Part shown: positions 36,050-47,406 of the stretch, piece after piece
Numbering within the stretch: position 1 is the stretch's first letter
Layout of the letters: every line of letters begins with the position of its first letter
NCBI GenBank assembly: GCA_051942205.1
Contig: JAVECO010000094.1
Coordinates: forward strand, 1-64,000
DNA from: Coniocarpon cinnabarinum
Lineage: Eukaryota
DNA length: 64,000 bases
Direction of reading: 5' to 3'
Notes under the pieces: model-generated
The model's input: only the letters and a program-made list of their open reading frames with translations
The model's database searches: none
Told to the model about the DNA's origin: nothing
Made by a program: the position numbers and the translations under genes

Positions 36050-37717
36050 ATGAGAACACGCTCCGCATCACGAGCAAGCTCAAGACCACCTCTTGCTCGT
36101 TCCTCAACAAGCTCCGGCGTGGCATTGACAACAAACAGCACCACAACTTCCCACCGCTCCCTCCTCAAACGATCGCAAGACTCCTGCTCTAGACTCGTCG
36201 GCTCCACAATGCTCAACGCCCTGTATTCCGAATCCAAAACCAAAATCTCAATCTGCCATCTCGAGCCCCACGAAATGATTTGGTTCATTGAATGCCTCAA
36301 GCATCCCACGTCTACATATTACACCCACGACGAGCTCCTGCAGCGGACAGCGCAGCTGATCACAGCATTACCTGGAAATTTGCGGAATCCCTTTGGAGGC
36401 ACCCGACTTTCGCAATCAGCGCTTACGCGGTTCTGTAAAAAGATTGGCGCATCGTCGGATACGCTGCCGCAGGCTTCGAAGCTATGTCGGAAGCATGGTG
36501 CCTTGTCGGGATTGCTGACGAGCTCGTTGAGGAACTATCTGGAGTACGTGGCTGAGGATCTCTCGATTGATGTTACTGATCCTATTGGCTTGATGACTCT
36601 GAAGAAGTCAGCTTGTTCTCAGACGCTGACGCTGCTGCGACATGCTGAGAATGTCATGGCTCTCATTCTCGACGGTGAGGAGTTCTACAAGACTTACCGT
36701 CGCCAGGCTCCGTGGTATTTTAAGCCTACCCAATGTGACGCTTGCTTTTCCGAGCGGGTTCTTCAATCGACTGACACCATCTGTGGACTTCGTGGCGTTG
36801 CGTTGCGCGCTCAGCAAGCCGGCATCATGGATGATCTTGGGAGAGATCGCAGCAACATCGCGAAAATACTGTTGGAAGCCTGCATTGCGACGTGGTCGAA
36901 GGAAGACGCTTTGTTGATGTTCAGCATCAGCGACAAGATGGCTGACGACTTGGGTCGATTAGCTGAGAAAACAAAGGCTAGAGTGCGAGGGCGCAGACAT
37001 CAACAGGATGATACAAATCCAACGGCAGCGACGCTTCCGCCATCTTCGTCTAGGACTCCCAAGATGAAAATGAATCGCGGGGCTTCTGCGTCTGTGGTCA
37101 GCTATTCGAACGATATGGTACCTCCACCCCTCAACATTCGCAGACCAAGCATTCGAAACCCACCAAGCAACCACACCTCAGCAATCTCACCCGAGAACAC
37201 TGGACGTCGTGGACCTCAAGAAGAACCGGCCAGCGCCTTTAGCAACGAGGATTGGTCCTTGGAATATCTTACTAGCCTTGCATCACCAAGACTAGGCTCA
37301 TTTAGAAAGGTTGAGATGGAACACGGGCATCGCGCCGTCCTTCCAGGTTCCAACACCGTCTCCTCTTCAGCACCTCGACGCCATGACACAGCAGCCAATG
37401 CGGCTGCGTCAAGTTCTCTTCATACAAGCTCTAACATCCGTCGTAAACCGGCGCCGCTTTCAAGATCAGCCTCTCAACCATCCGCACAAGCTCAGAGCAC
37501 GTCAGCTCGCAGTAAGACTTTGAATCGCCCTGACTCTTCGAGGCGTCCAAAGAGATCATTTGCACAATATTTGGCCACATCGTCTGTCGCTCGAGGTTCA
37601 AGTGGATCTTGCTTCGTTGAGGCTGACTACGCGACGGGATGTTGGGACCGGGCTTATGCGAACGGTAAGGTGCCGTTTCCGTTGGAGAGGGGTGAGGTGA
37701 CTGGTGGTTGGATTTGA
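36050..37717 (+). CDS. Hypothetical protein with Cys/His-containing N-terminal domain and disordered S/R/P tail
   Basis: 555-aa ATG ORF. The N-terminal half is helical-looking with LCRKH and CDAC; the C-terminal half is low complexity. Confidence 0.75.
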   Translation: MRTRSASRASSRPPLARSSTSSGVALTTNSTTTSHRSLLKRSQDSCSRLVGSTMLNALYSESKTKISICHLEPHEMIWFIECLKHPTSTYYTHDELLQRTAQLITALPGNLRNPFGGTRLSQSALTRFCKKIGASSDTLPQASKLCRKHGALSGLLTSSLRNYLEYVAEDLSIDVTDPIGLMTLKKSACSQTLTLLRHAENVMALILDGEEFYKTYRRQAPWYFKPTQCDACFSERVLQSTDTICGLRGVALRAQQAGIMDDLGRDRSNIAKILLEACIATWSKEDALLMFSISDKMADDLGRLAEKTKARVRGRRHQQDDTNPTAATLPPSSSRTPKMKMNRGASASVVSYSNDMVPPPLNIRRPSIRNPPSNHTSAISPENTGRRGPQEEPASAFSNEDWSLEYLTSLASPRLGSFRKVEMEHGHRAVLPGSNTVSSSAPRRHDTAANAAASSSLHTSSNIRRKPAPLSRSASQPSAQAQSTSARSKTLNRPDSSRRPKRSFAQYLATSSVARGSSGSCFVEADYATGCWDRAYANGKVPFPLERGEVTGGWI

Positions 37718-37964
37718 CCTTTGCGACGATGGAGACTTGTTCGATACGTTTGACTTGGTGTTCATTGTAGATATTGTGGGCTGGACTCTTGAGACGACAC
37801 TACAGCTTTGCCTGATGATCATATATACGCAGGTAATAGCGAGTCGCATTTAGTGCCGGCATGTATTCATGCATATATGTACAGATGAGTACTGACAGCA
37901 CCATTAATGACTGCTATGACCTGAATCACTCCACACTCCACCAGCTTCGCGATTCAAAGCACTT

Positions 37965-40354
37965 TCACTTCTTCTTTCCCTTCTTCCCACCCTTCTTCAT
38001 CTTCAACTCCCTCCCTACATCCTTCAAACTCCTCTTCCCCTTCCCCCTCACCTTACCTAGCGTCATCAAAAAATTCTTCTTCCGTTCCTTTTCCCGATTA
38101 CTAGAACTCTTGCCCTGCTCCCTCTTACGTTCCTTCCGCTTCGCCTCCTTCCCTAAATGTTTTCCTCGCTCCTCACGATCGCCCTTAGCCGCCGCGATCT
38201 TTTCCTCTTTCGTAGCACGCTCGCCAATGCGGGAGAGGTCCTCAAGATCAGCAGCGGTAAGGGCGTTTTCGTTGTAATTGCTTGACGGGTCTGTAGGGCG
38301 GGCTGAAGATTTTTCGCGGGCTTGGGCGGCGAGGGCGCGGCGGCGGGCGTGTTTGGGGAGATTTGCAAGGATGGAAGATGAGGTACGGAGGGAGTTTAAC
38401 TGGGCGAGGTCGGCGGGGGTGAGGATGCGGGTTGTGGCGTAGGTGCTTGGATCTATGGGTACTTCCTGCTCTGGTGCTAGTTCGTTGTCTTGAGAGGTCT
38501 TGGGTTCAGTGGCGGTTTCTATTGCATCAGCGGTGGGAGCTGGAGACAACTTGCGCTTCTTTGCTGGCGGCTGCGATTTCTTTTCGTTTTCGTCTTCCGA
38601 ATCGCTGACCTCAATGTCTTCGCCTTCGCTGGAGACATCGATCCATCCGCCGGAATCGGACGAGGAGTCGGATGAGACGTCCCAGTTGTTCCAGCCAGCA
38701 GCATCTTCCTTCTCAGGATCTTCAGCCAGAGCATTTGCGGCATCGGGGTCAAGACCCTGTTCTTCCAGCTTCTTGCGGCGCTCCTCTTCTTTATAAGCTT
38801 GTAGTAGGTCTAGTCCTGCAATTTTGCCAACATCTTCTTCACCGAAGCGAACCTGCTTCTTCTCGCCTGACCGAGTTGCAATCGCTGCTTCTCGCCCACG
38901 GTCTCGCCGTTTGAGCATTTCCGGACCGACCTCTCGATATAGAGACATCAGGCCTTTAGCTGCCATCATGACACTCTTGTCTTTGCTCTTGCGATACATA
39001 ACCAAGTCTTGGAGCAGAGTGTCGTTCATAGCGAGCGGCTGGCGTGCGCAGATCTCACGGATTGCGTTTACACCAGCAGCCGCAACAGGACCAGATGATG
39101 CCTCAGATACGAACTCATTGGCAATCTTGATAATCAGTGGCTCTAGAGCGTCCGGCGGAACAAGATTGTGAGTTGCCTGTGCAAGCGATGCGAGAAAAGA
39201 TGTGACGGATGCTTGACGAGGCGTCAAGTACTTCTGGAAGTAGGAGTAAAGGGGCATGATGGTCAATTTGTGCAGTCCAACCAGACGAGAGACCAGCTGC
39301 AAGACTTGCAACTTCTGTGACAGGTTCAGCATGCTCTTCGGGCTCTGCAAGTGCCTTGAAAAAAGCGCCTCGGCAAAACCCTGCGGATCATGCAATAAAT
39401 GCAAGGCTGAAAAGTTCAGTGGGTGCGGTTGATTCTTTTTGCGATCTCTCTTCTTCACAGACGCTGCAGCATTCTTCAATTCACGCTGTGACTTGCGACT
39501 CTTCTTGTTGACACCGGCTTGATGCTTCAACTTCCCCATGTCGATAGTGGTCTCTTCATCGCTTGATGCCTCCTCGGCGTGCTCTTCGCGCTCCTTGTCT
39601 CCTCCAAGAAAGAAGTTGACACCACCAGTGACAACCTTGACATTCTCTGCCAATGCTGCTTCTTTCATAATCTCCACGGCTTTTGCGTCCGTCCACACTT
39701 GACGGCGCCATAGCTCCTTGGTGATCCGAACGGCCCATATGCCTTTCGCTGACGCGCGGTCTTGCGTGATGAGATGGTGAAGATCGGTTTGGACCGAGCG
39801 ATTCAGCTTCTGTGCAGGTGTTTTTGAATTAGCCATCCGTATGTCGGTCAGGATTTTTTGGTAGAGTAGTGTGCGCATGCTCTTGCTGCTGGTGCTGACG
39901 AGGATGGGAAACAAGGCGCGCAACAAGGCAGGACTATCAAGGAGTTCCTTCTTGCGAAGCAGAACCAAGCTGGTGACGAGCTTCTCGCGAAGCTCTGCTG
40001 GTAGCGCGTCATGGTGGTTTGCGAGAAGGTCCAGAAGCTCGGCAGGAAACTGAGAAGTAAGATCAGGGTAACAAGCTGCAACGTGCGTCACAAAATCAAT
40101 CTGATCACGAAGCGAAACAATAGATTCATGTGTCGCGGAGGCTGGCGCAGTGAGGACTATGGAGCGGAAGGACTGATACTGTGTGTATTGGGCCTTGAAA
40201 TCCTCACGATAGGATGGTGGATCGCGTCGGATTTTGTCTTGCAGAGCAGCACTGTGCACAGATCAGCTACGCGGTCTCGATGCTTCAAAGTAAGCGCGGA
40301 TCCATACAGATCTGCTTCAACCTTCTCCAAAGCGCCGACCTTCCGCTTGACCAT
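37965..40354 (-). CDS. SDA1: 60S ribosome biogenesis protein Sda1
   Basis: MVKRKVGALEKVEADL|AALQDKIRRDP (intron 40252-40307). Motifs LNFSALHLLHDPQGFAE, REICARQPLAM, RILTPADL and SNREKERKKNFLM. Confidence 0.96.
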
Positions 40355-40868
40355 GGCTGTGGCCGGAGCGTGTCGATGATGAGGCTGAGATCGCCGCACT
40401 GATCCGACGCCTCAAAATTTCTCCAGATCTCAAAAGCTTCCCGTCAGATTCACATGCTCGGCGCTAGCCCCAAATACGTCATTCTGGGGCTAATATAGAC
40501 CTCAGGTACGTGGCACTACTGCCAGGGCGCGGATTCGCGATCTTCCGTCCCACGTCACCTCTCATCAGCGCGGACCCCTGGGAGGCGAATGAGTTGCGGC
40601 CCGCATCAGCACAGGCTTATTCTTCCTTCCCTTCTCCCCATCTCACAATTTCTCACCTTCTCTTCCTGTAGACTGCTCGCTTATCATAATTCGGCAATAG
40701 CCCTACTAATACTTCTTCAGATTCACTCCTTCCAAAACCTTTTTCCAAGTCAGACACAACCGAGTAACCCCGAACTTTCAGCCATTTATCGACTGTTCGC
40801 ACCTATACATCCGCAAACGAGAGAACAAGCTTAAAGTCTGGCCCGAGGCCGGACCAAAGACCGCAACG

Positions 40869-42323
40869 ATGCTTGTACTACCCTCGAACATGACCTTTGA
40901 TCTACCACCCCTCCCTTCATATCATGCCGAACCACTGGCGCCACTGGTGGCCGGCATCCCCGACAAGTACCTGACCTTGATCCTTCCGATCGTCGCTTAC
41001 TGGGCGTTCTCCATGTTGTTCCATGTTATCGATGTATACGATCTGTTTCCTCAATACCGCCTGCATACTCCAGTTGAGATCACAAACCGAAATCACGTCT
41101 CGAGATGGGAGGTTTTCCAAGACGTCATTATCCAGCAAGTCATTCAGACGATCATGGGAGTGTTCTTCACAATGTTTGATCCAGACCAACAAACAGGCAT
41201 GGATGACTACAACATTGCGGTCTGGGGTCAGCGAATTCGAATGACCCAGCGCTTTATACCCTCTGCTCTGGCTCTCGTCGGTCTCGACAGCACCCGCATC
41301 GCCCAAAGCGTTTCATCGACGTCTCCGGCACTCTCGACGGTTCTGTCTGGAGGTCACTCCGGTCCGACTTTCGCGAGCTGGGAGCTGTCTTTCGCCTCCG
41401 CACTTTACAACTACGGCATTCCCGTCGCACAATTCGCCGTTGCCATCTTCATGGTAGATACTTGGCAGTACTTCCTACACCGTCTCATGCACACCAACAA
41501 ATACCTCTACACTACCTTCCACTCGCGGCACCACCGCCTCTACGTCCCCTACGCCTACGGGGCACTGTATAACCACCCCTTCGAAGGATTTCTGCTGGAC
41601 ACCTGCGGTGCAGGCCTCGCGTACCTAGCTACGGGCATGACCGTCAGACAAAGCATGCTCTTCTTCACAGGAAGCACCTGCAAAACCGTAGACGATCACT
41701 GCGGATACGCCCTACCATTCGATCCGCTCCAGCGAATCACGGGCAACAATGCAGGCTACCACGACGTGCACCACCAATCCTGGGGCATCAAGACGAACTT
41801 CAGCCAACCATTTTTCACATTCTGGGACCGTATGCTCGGCACGAAATGGACAGGCGGTGATGTTTCAGCGCGGTATGAGCGACAAAGACTCGCGGCAGAG
41901 AAGAAAGAGGCAAATCGACTTAACACGGCAACGAAGATGGGTCCAATCACAGATTCATTGCCCAGTGAGAGCACAGCACCTCAAAACCCCGGTCCATACA
42001 CCACCAACAACACGACAGCACTCCAAACCTCAGCAATCCTCCCTCAGGCGCCCAACGGCAAAGCAACAGCCCAAGCCCTCGATTCAAGGAGACAAGTCGT
42101 CTACGAAGCAGGCAGCGCAGGCGGTCCTGCCGTGCTCACAGAAGAGACGGCCGAAGAGCTAAGAGAGCGAGAGAATCTGCGAGAGCAGGAGGCGAGAGAG
42201 GCGAATTGTCTACCCGGTGTGATGAGGACGAGTACGGATCCTGGGAACATGATGAAGGCGGTGAGAGAGGTGCATCGACGGAGGGGGAGTTTATTGGGGG
42301 CTGGATCGACGAGTCCGACGTAG
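40869..42323 (+). CDS. SUR2: Sphinganine C4-hydroxylase
   Basis: His boxes DTWQYFLHRLMH, HSRHHRLYVPYAYGALYNHPFEG, KTVDDHCGYALP and YHDVHHQSWGIKTNFSQPFF. Confidence 0.96.
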   Translation: MLVLPSNMTFDLPPLPSYHAEPLAPLVAGIPDKYLTLILPIVAYWAFSMLFHVIDVYDLFPQYRLHTPVEITNRNHVSRWEVFQDVIIQQVIQTIMGVFFTMFDPDQQTGMDDYNIAVWGQRIRMTQRFIPSALALVGLDSTRIAQSVSSTSPALSTVLSGGHSGPTFASWELSFASALYNYGIPVAQFAVAIFMVDTWQYFLHRLMHTNKYLYTTFHSRHHRLYVPYAYGALYNHPFEGFLLDTCGAGLAYLATGMTVRQSMLFFTGSTCKTVDDHCGYALPFDPLQRITGNNAGYHDVHHQSWGIKTNFSQPFFTFWDRMLGTKWTGGDVSARYERQRLAAEKKEANRLNTATKMGPITDSLPSESTAPQNPGPYTTNNTTALQTSAILPQAPNGKATAQALDSRRQVVYEAGSAGGPAVLTEETAEELRERENLREQEAREANCLPGVMRTSTDPGNMMKAVREVHRRRGSLLGAGSTSPT

Positions 42324-42790
42324 TTGTTTACGGAGGATGTATGTAATGAATAATCAGGTCAAGGCCAGAAAGGTTGGATGTGCGTTGTGCATTGTATGAA
42401 TCGTCGGTTATGAAATAGAATATGCACCTCCAAACACTTTCTCGTTGGCAGAGGCGGTGGAAGGGCACAGTCGATCTTGCGGTTTTATGAGCTTTTAACT
42501 GGAGAGTTCCTTCGAAAAGATACGGTCCATTGCGAGTGAAATCGTACATGTCGGATCTATGTAATGTAATGCTCATCATCATCATCAATCTTACAGATAT
42601 GCCACCCTTTTATCGTCCTACTGCACATCGTTCACTTCTACTCCTCCACGTACTTCACTCCCTTCACTCGTCAATGCCTTATGACGTCCACACCAGTCCC
42701 CTTCTCTTTTATACGGGAATACACCGCTTCTTCCCTCTTCCTTGTTTCACCGCCTGAGCGATTGCACCTCGTCTGAAGACATGAGCCGTG

Positions 42791-44143
42791 TCAGCCTTTG
42801 ATCCTGGCCAAGTAAGCACGCCACGCCTCATCGCGATAGCGCTTCGCTTCGGCGCCTCGATCCTTGGCGTTTAGGATCCCTCGTCCGACAATCACGACGT
42901 CTGTTCCCTTTTCCAGGATCGCGAGGCGCGGTGTGTTGTATTGCTGTCCCAGAGCATCGCCCTTGTGCGTTCGTTTTGCGGGATCAACGTCGCCAATCTT
43001 CTTGTCCGCTGCAGCGCTATCACTTCCTGAAGTGTCTATAGGTCCCGATGTGTCCTTGGCTTTGTCTGCGGTTTCGACTTCTGGCGGGGGTAGACTGATT
43101 CCTGGCGTCATTGTCAAGAAATTGTCGTCGGGTGCTCTATTCAGAGATTCTTGTGCGATGAATCCGAGTACGAATTCGCGATGCTGCGTGGCGAGGTTGT
43201 AGCATTCGGTGGTGTATTCAGGCGTCATTAGATTGCCTTTGCTACTCATTTGAGCGAGGAGCAGAAGACCTCGCGCAAATGGCGGGCCGGCTGCCGGGTC
43301 GCCAGCGACGGGGAGATCGAGCGTTGCTGGCGGCGTAACGCTAGGTGTCGTTGTGGCGCTTTCTGCAAGGGAGAATCGTGCGCGGTTTGACGTCGCGGGC
43401 GGTGAGATGTACTCTGCAGAGCTGGAGATGGTCGTCGAGACGGAGACGACGGAGCCTTTGCGTTGACTGCTTCCCATGCGCAGGGCATGCGGTCTCGGCG
43501 AGCGACCCCGCTCATCCGTCGCAGCTGTGGTCGCCGCGTTCTCAGCATCGCCATCTGATTCCTCTTCCGAAGACGAGTCACCAACCAACGGCGGTAATCC
43601 GGACTGCCGCCTTCGCTGCTTCTCCTCGCGGATGTAATGCTGCAATTCCTCGCTGATGTGTCCGCCGCCCGAGATCTCCGTCGTAATCTGACTGTTTTCC
43701 GTGGCAATCGCGGAGAACGCCGCCGCTTTCAAAGCTTCAATGACTCCCGGACCGGGAAAGACATGTGCGTTGACGAGGTAGGCCCAGCTGGCAATGCGGT
43801 GCGTGCCCCCGGCGTATTGCGTCTGGACAGTATTGCCGATGTCGCCAAATTTACGGTCCTCGAAAAGAAGGAACTTATGTCGGCGCGCAACGTCGGCGAG
43901 GGCGTGGATGGTGCGATCGGAGAAGTCGCGCACGATGTCGGCGTGGGTCTTGAGGACGCAAATATAGGGACCGACTTCCTCCGCAATATCGAGAAGTTCG
44001 GCGGTGGTTTGTACGTCGGCAGAGAGGCAGAGGTTCGTGGACTTGTGGGTCATCAACCTCAGCAGGTAGGCGGTGAGTGCGGGTGTATTGGGTAGGTTGG
44101 AACGGTCGTGGTAGGAGAGCTGAGTTGCACGTGCGGAAGCCAT
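42791..44143 (-). CDS. URA3: Orotidine-5'-phosphate decarboxylase (pyrG/pyr-4) with long insertions
   Basis: NLCLSADV, LKTHAD, active-site FEDRKFGDIGNT, RGLLLLAQMSSKG, GDALGQQYNTP and IVGRGI. 450 aa in one ORF. Confidence 0.97.
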   Translation of the reverse strand: MASARATQLSYHDRSNLPNTPALTAYLLRLMTHKSTNLCLSADVQTTAELLDIAEEVGPYICVLKTHADIVRDFSDRTIHALADVARRHKFLLFEDRKFGDIGNTVQTQYAGGTHRIASWAYLVNAHVFPGPGVIEALKAAAFSAIATENSQITTEISGGGHISEELQHYIREEKQRRRQSGLPPLVGDSSSEEESDGDAENAATTAATDERGRSPRPHALRMGSSQRKGSVVSVSTTISSSAEYISPPATSNRARFSLAESATTTPSVTPPATLDLPVAGDPAAGPPFARGLLLLAQMSSKGNLMTPEYTTECYNLATQHREFVLGFIAQESLNRAPDDNFLTMTPGISLPPPEVETADKAKDTSGPIDTSGSDSAAADKKIGDVDPAKRTHKGDALGQQYNTPRLAILEKGTDVVIVGRGILNAKDRGAEAKRYRDEAWRAYLARIKG

Positions 44144-45726
44144 TGAGTCGTGGTGGCTGTCGATCGGGGTGGTGAAGCTGGATGTGGGGTGCGACTCAGT
44201 GGTTGACAGAACCTCGCTGTGCTCTGGACAGCGTGGAGATGGTCGTAACCTGACGCCTGCGGGCAGCCAGGTCGTACAGGATGCCTCCCAATTGGTTCCC
44301 TTGGCCCAATTTTGAAATGGCTGCTGGTGTACGTACGAGCTGGAAGCACGAGTGGTGGATTCTGCAAAGACAACTGACTCACTGGAGAGCAGGCGAGGGG
44401 CGGTGGTGTTTGCAAGGAAAGGGTATTTATCTACACCCCTACACTACCGGATACAGGGCGAGGAGCACACAAGGCCCAGACAAGCCACCACGATTGCAGC
44501 AGGCCAGCGGCCATGGTAGAAAAATAGAACGGCATGGACAATGATGAGACGGATGGAGAGAGGAAGATGAGAAATTTGGCGGGTCTAGGTCTGGAACTGG
44601 GGCGCCCATTGGACTCGCACCACTTCCTCCTCCCCGCGGGGGCCACGACGCTGCACGCTCACGGCTGACGCTCGACTGGAATGCCCCGTCGGTGGGTGAG
44701 CAAGGTCCTCCGACCATAGCGCCGCGGCACTCGTGGTGGTCATCGAGTGCAACAACAAGAGACAGACAGACAGAGAGAGGGAGCCGCAATTGGAACCGCC
44801 AATGTAAGGTCCGGAATCGATGGAAGGTGCAGAGAGGCTCGTGGCGGACCAAGAGCGGCAAAAGCGCTTCATGAGCACGGCTTGCGGGATGTCTGACCAT
44901 TTCCATTTCATCGTCCCCGGCTCCTTCGGATGGCCTGACGTGCTGCAAGTTCCTGCCGTCTTCATGACCATGGCCGTGGTCATGCGGAGCGGCTCGATGC
45001 GCCCTCTCCTTGGCCTGGTGCCTGCTCGGGGGAGCTAGGTCGGTGCATATGCATGTCATACACAGCAAGGGCATCTCGGGGTTCATTGTACTACTACTTG
45101 CCAGGATTGGTGCCGAACAGTTGGCATATATGGTGGTAGGCAGCAGCTATCTTTCGGTCAGTCGCACAGCCATGACCTGCACGCTCTATACATAGGCAGG
45201 CTGCCAATTATTGCGTCAAATTGGAAGCGCCCATATTCCTTGCACGCGCGCTGAGGGAGAGCTTGACGTGTATGTATTCACAACATCAAGCTCCTTACCG
45301 TAAACCGAGATGGTCTTCACGTTGGTGGTGTGACGAATGCCTCTCAAAATGAAGTACTGCATGATCACCTCCGTCCGTCCAACCAGGAAAGATGCCCTCC
45401 TGGGAGATACCTCACAAATTCGTGTATGTGAGACGGCTCCTGATAGGTACGCACAACTAGAGCACCGCGCTCGACAGATACTTTACACCAGCTTTGCGGG
45501 TTCGGGGATAGAAAAATGATCGTTGCGAAAATCAATTCAGCAAAAGCTGTGAATGCATAATTGTACACTATAAACTGGCGCATCCTTGCGCGTTCATCAT
45601 TACAAAACTCGTAATTACTCTCCAACATATCGCGTCTGTACTCTGTACAATATCGGCCGTGATCCTCGTCCCCTTTGCCCGGACGCCACGCTCCCCATTC
45701 AAAAAAAAAGAAACGAATCTCAAAAC

Positions 45727-47406
45727 CTATTCGTCAAAAGTCAACAGTGCCAATTCACTGAGCTCACTGTCCCGTCGTTCAGCTCCTCCATCTCCACGCT
45801 CGAACGCCAAAGCCCCGATCGACGGCAACGGCGGCGTGACAGGCTTAATGGTCTCCTGCGAGGCGCTCCAGTCGGCGTGAGTGTCGGGAAAGAGCTCGGG
45901 CGCGGATAGTGGTGTCTGAACCTGTGAACTGGAAGCACTAGCTAGAGCCGAGGGTCCAGCAGTTGTGAATCCTGACCAGATTTGTGGAGGAGAATTGCCC
46001 GGACTCCACGCGTCCTCTTCACTAGCACTCTCTGCCTCAAAATTAGACTGTGCATCAGCATAGTCTGAACCAGCGTCGTGAGACAGAGCGACGGTCGTGC
46101 AAGCGACATCGTTCTCCGCGCTGTTAGTATCATGTCCTGTTTCTTGGCCTGGGCTCGAAATGGAGTTATGCGCAAAGCTCAGCTGCAACGGCGCAGTGTG
46201 CGGGCGCTGCGGCAGTTCTGGGGGATCGTGGGGCGTTTCATACAACACGGAAGTGTATGGTGGGGGTGGCGACTCCCGTCTATAGGGAGGGGGAACGAAC
46301 GCGGGCCTCTGGGGAAAGCCGAGCTGGATGGTCGACACGTTCTCGTTGCCAAAGCTCACAAACGAGGATTGAGCTGTCCCTGAGCTGCCATTGTTCTGCA
46401 ACGCGTAGTCTTCTGCTTGGCTATGTCCGAACGGCGTCTGAATGTCATCGATAAACGGGTTTGGGAAAGCATATCGAGTCGACGGCCGACTAATTTCAGG
46501 CTCTCCAGATGAATAAACGGGTGGGGATGTTGCTGTATTGGTGGCGTCGGCGTTCAAAGGAGGAAAGGCAACTTCACCGTCATCCAAAAGTGGTTCGCCA
46601 AACGGTGTTGGCTCACGTTGCGATTCGAGGCTTTCCGGAGAAAAAGATTGACGAGCGCACCCTTCTGAGCATGCTCGACGACGAGAAAGAACTGGCACGC
46701 GCGGACCTGACACGATGGACTCGATGGCAGCTGTTCGTAGTCTGCCAGCTGGCGCAACCAGTCGGAATGTCTTTCTCAGCTCAAGCATTACAGGGGTCTC
46801 CGACAACAGGCGAGAAAAGGTGGGCGGAGGTTGAGGATCCAACCATCGTCGTTGGACATCAGTAGTGAATACGGGAACACCTCGCAAGTTCTCTGGCATG
46901 GTGCAGAATACCAGGCGCGGAATTGTAAGCTCATTGACCCACTGGCCAGGAAGAAGCGGGCAGGTCGTGGTCGATGCCTGCTTAGGATTGCACAGCTCAC
47001 TGTCGCCGTCGACTCTGAACTACGCACAATTGTGTCAAATTAGGCGAAACTCGTGGCAATATGAGTAGATGGCTGAACTTACAAAGTACCAGTATGTACC
47101 GCCCATCTTCAGGAGCCCATCGTGAGGGGACAGTGGACGCGTGTAATCACCGTGACAGATCATCCCCTTGAATACTCCGGGACAACAGGACCATTGCCCA
47201 TGACCCATCTGCGTGTCTTTGGCTAGAGCATAAGGACGCGAGAAATTATCCCAGGAGCCGAACATTTCGACAGAACCAGCGTGATGTACATCCGGCCTAG
47301 ATGCTCTGCGTCAACGCCGTTGGCAGCAAGTAATAGCGCGGGCCGCTTACAAGAAGAATGTGACAAGCGTCTCATCGTCACTGTGGGAAGCTTCGTGCCG
47401 ATCCAT
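45727..47406 (-). CDS. Protein with N-terminal AMPK-beta/CBM48-like (E-set) domain and PY-motif tail (3 exons)
   Basis: ATG 47406. Introns 47297-47350 and 47020-47082 give VTFFLPD..SVEMFGSWDNFSRPY..LKMGGTYWYF|FRVDGDSE..STTTCPLLPGQWVNEL, in frame with ORF 45727-46899. Confidence 0.8.

Noticed and set aside
40410..40570. RRPE-like (AAAATTT) and PAC-like (CTCATCAGC) words upstream of SDA1
   Set aside because: The matches are short and imperfect and cannot be told from chance without conservation data.
44200..45700. Several 100-215 aa ORFs upstream of URA3
   Set aside because: They overlap in multiple frames with no domain or coding-like composition.
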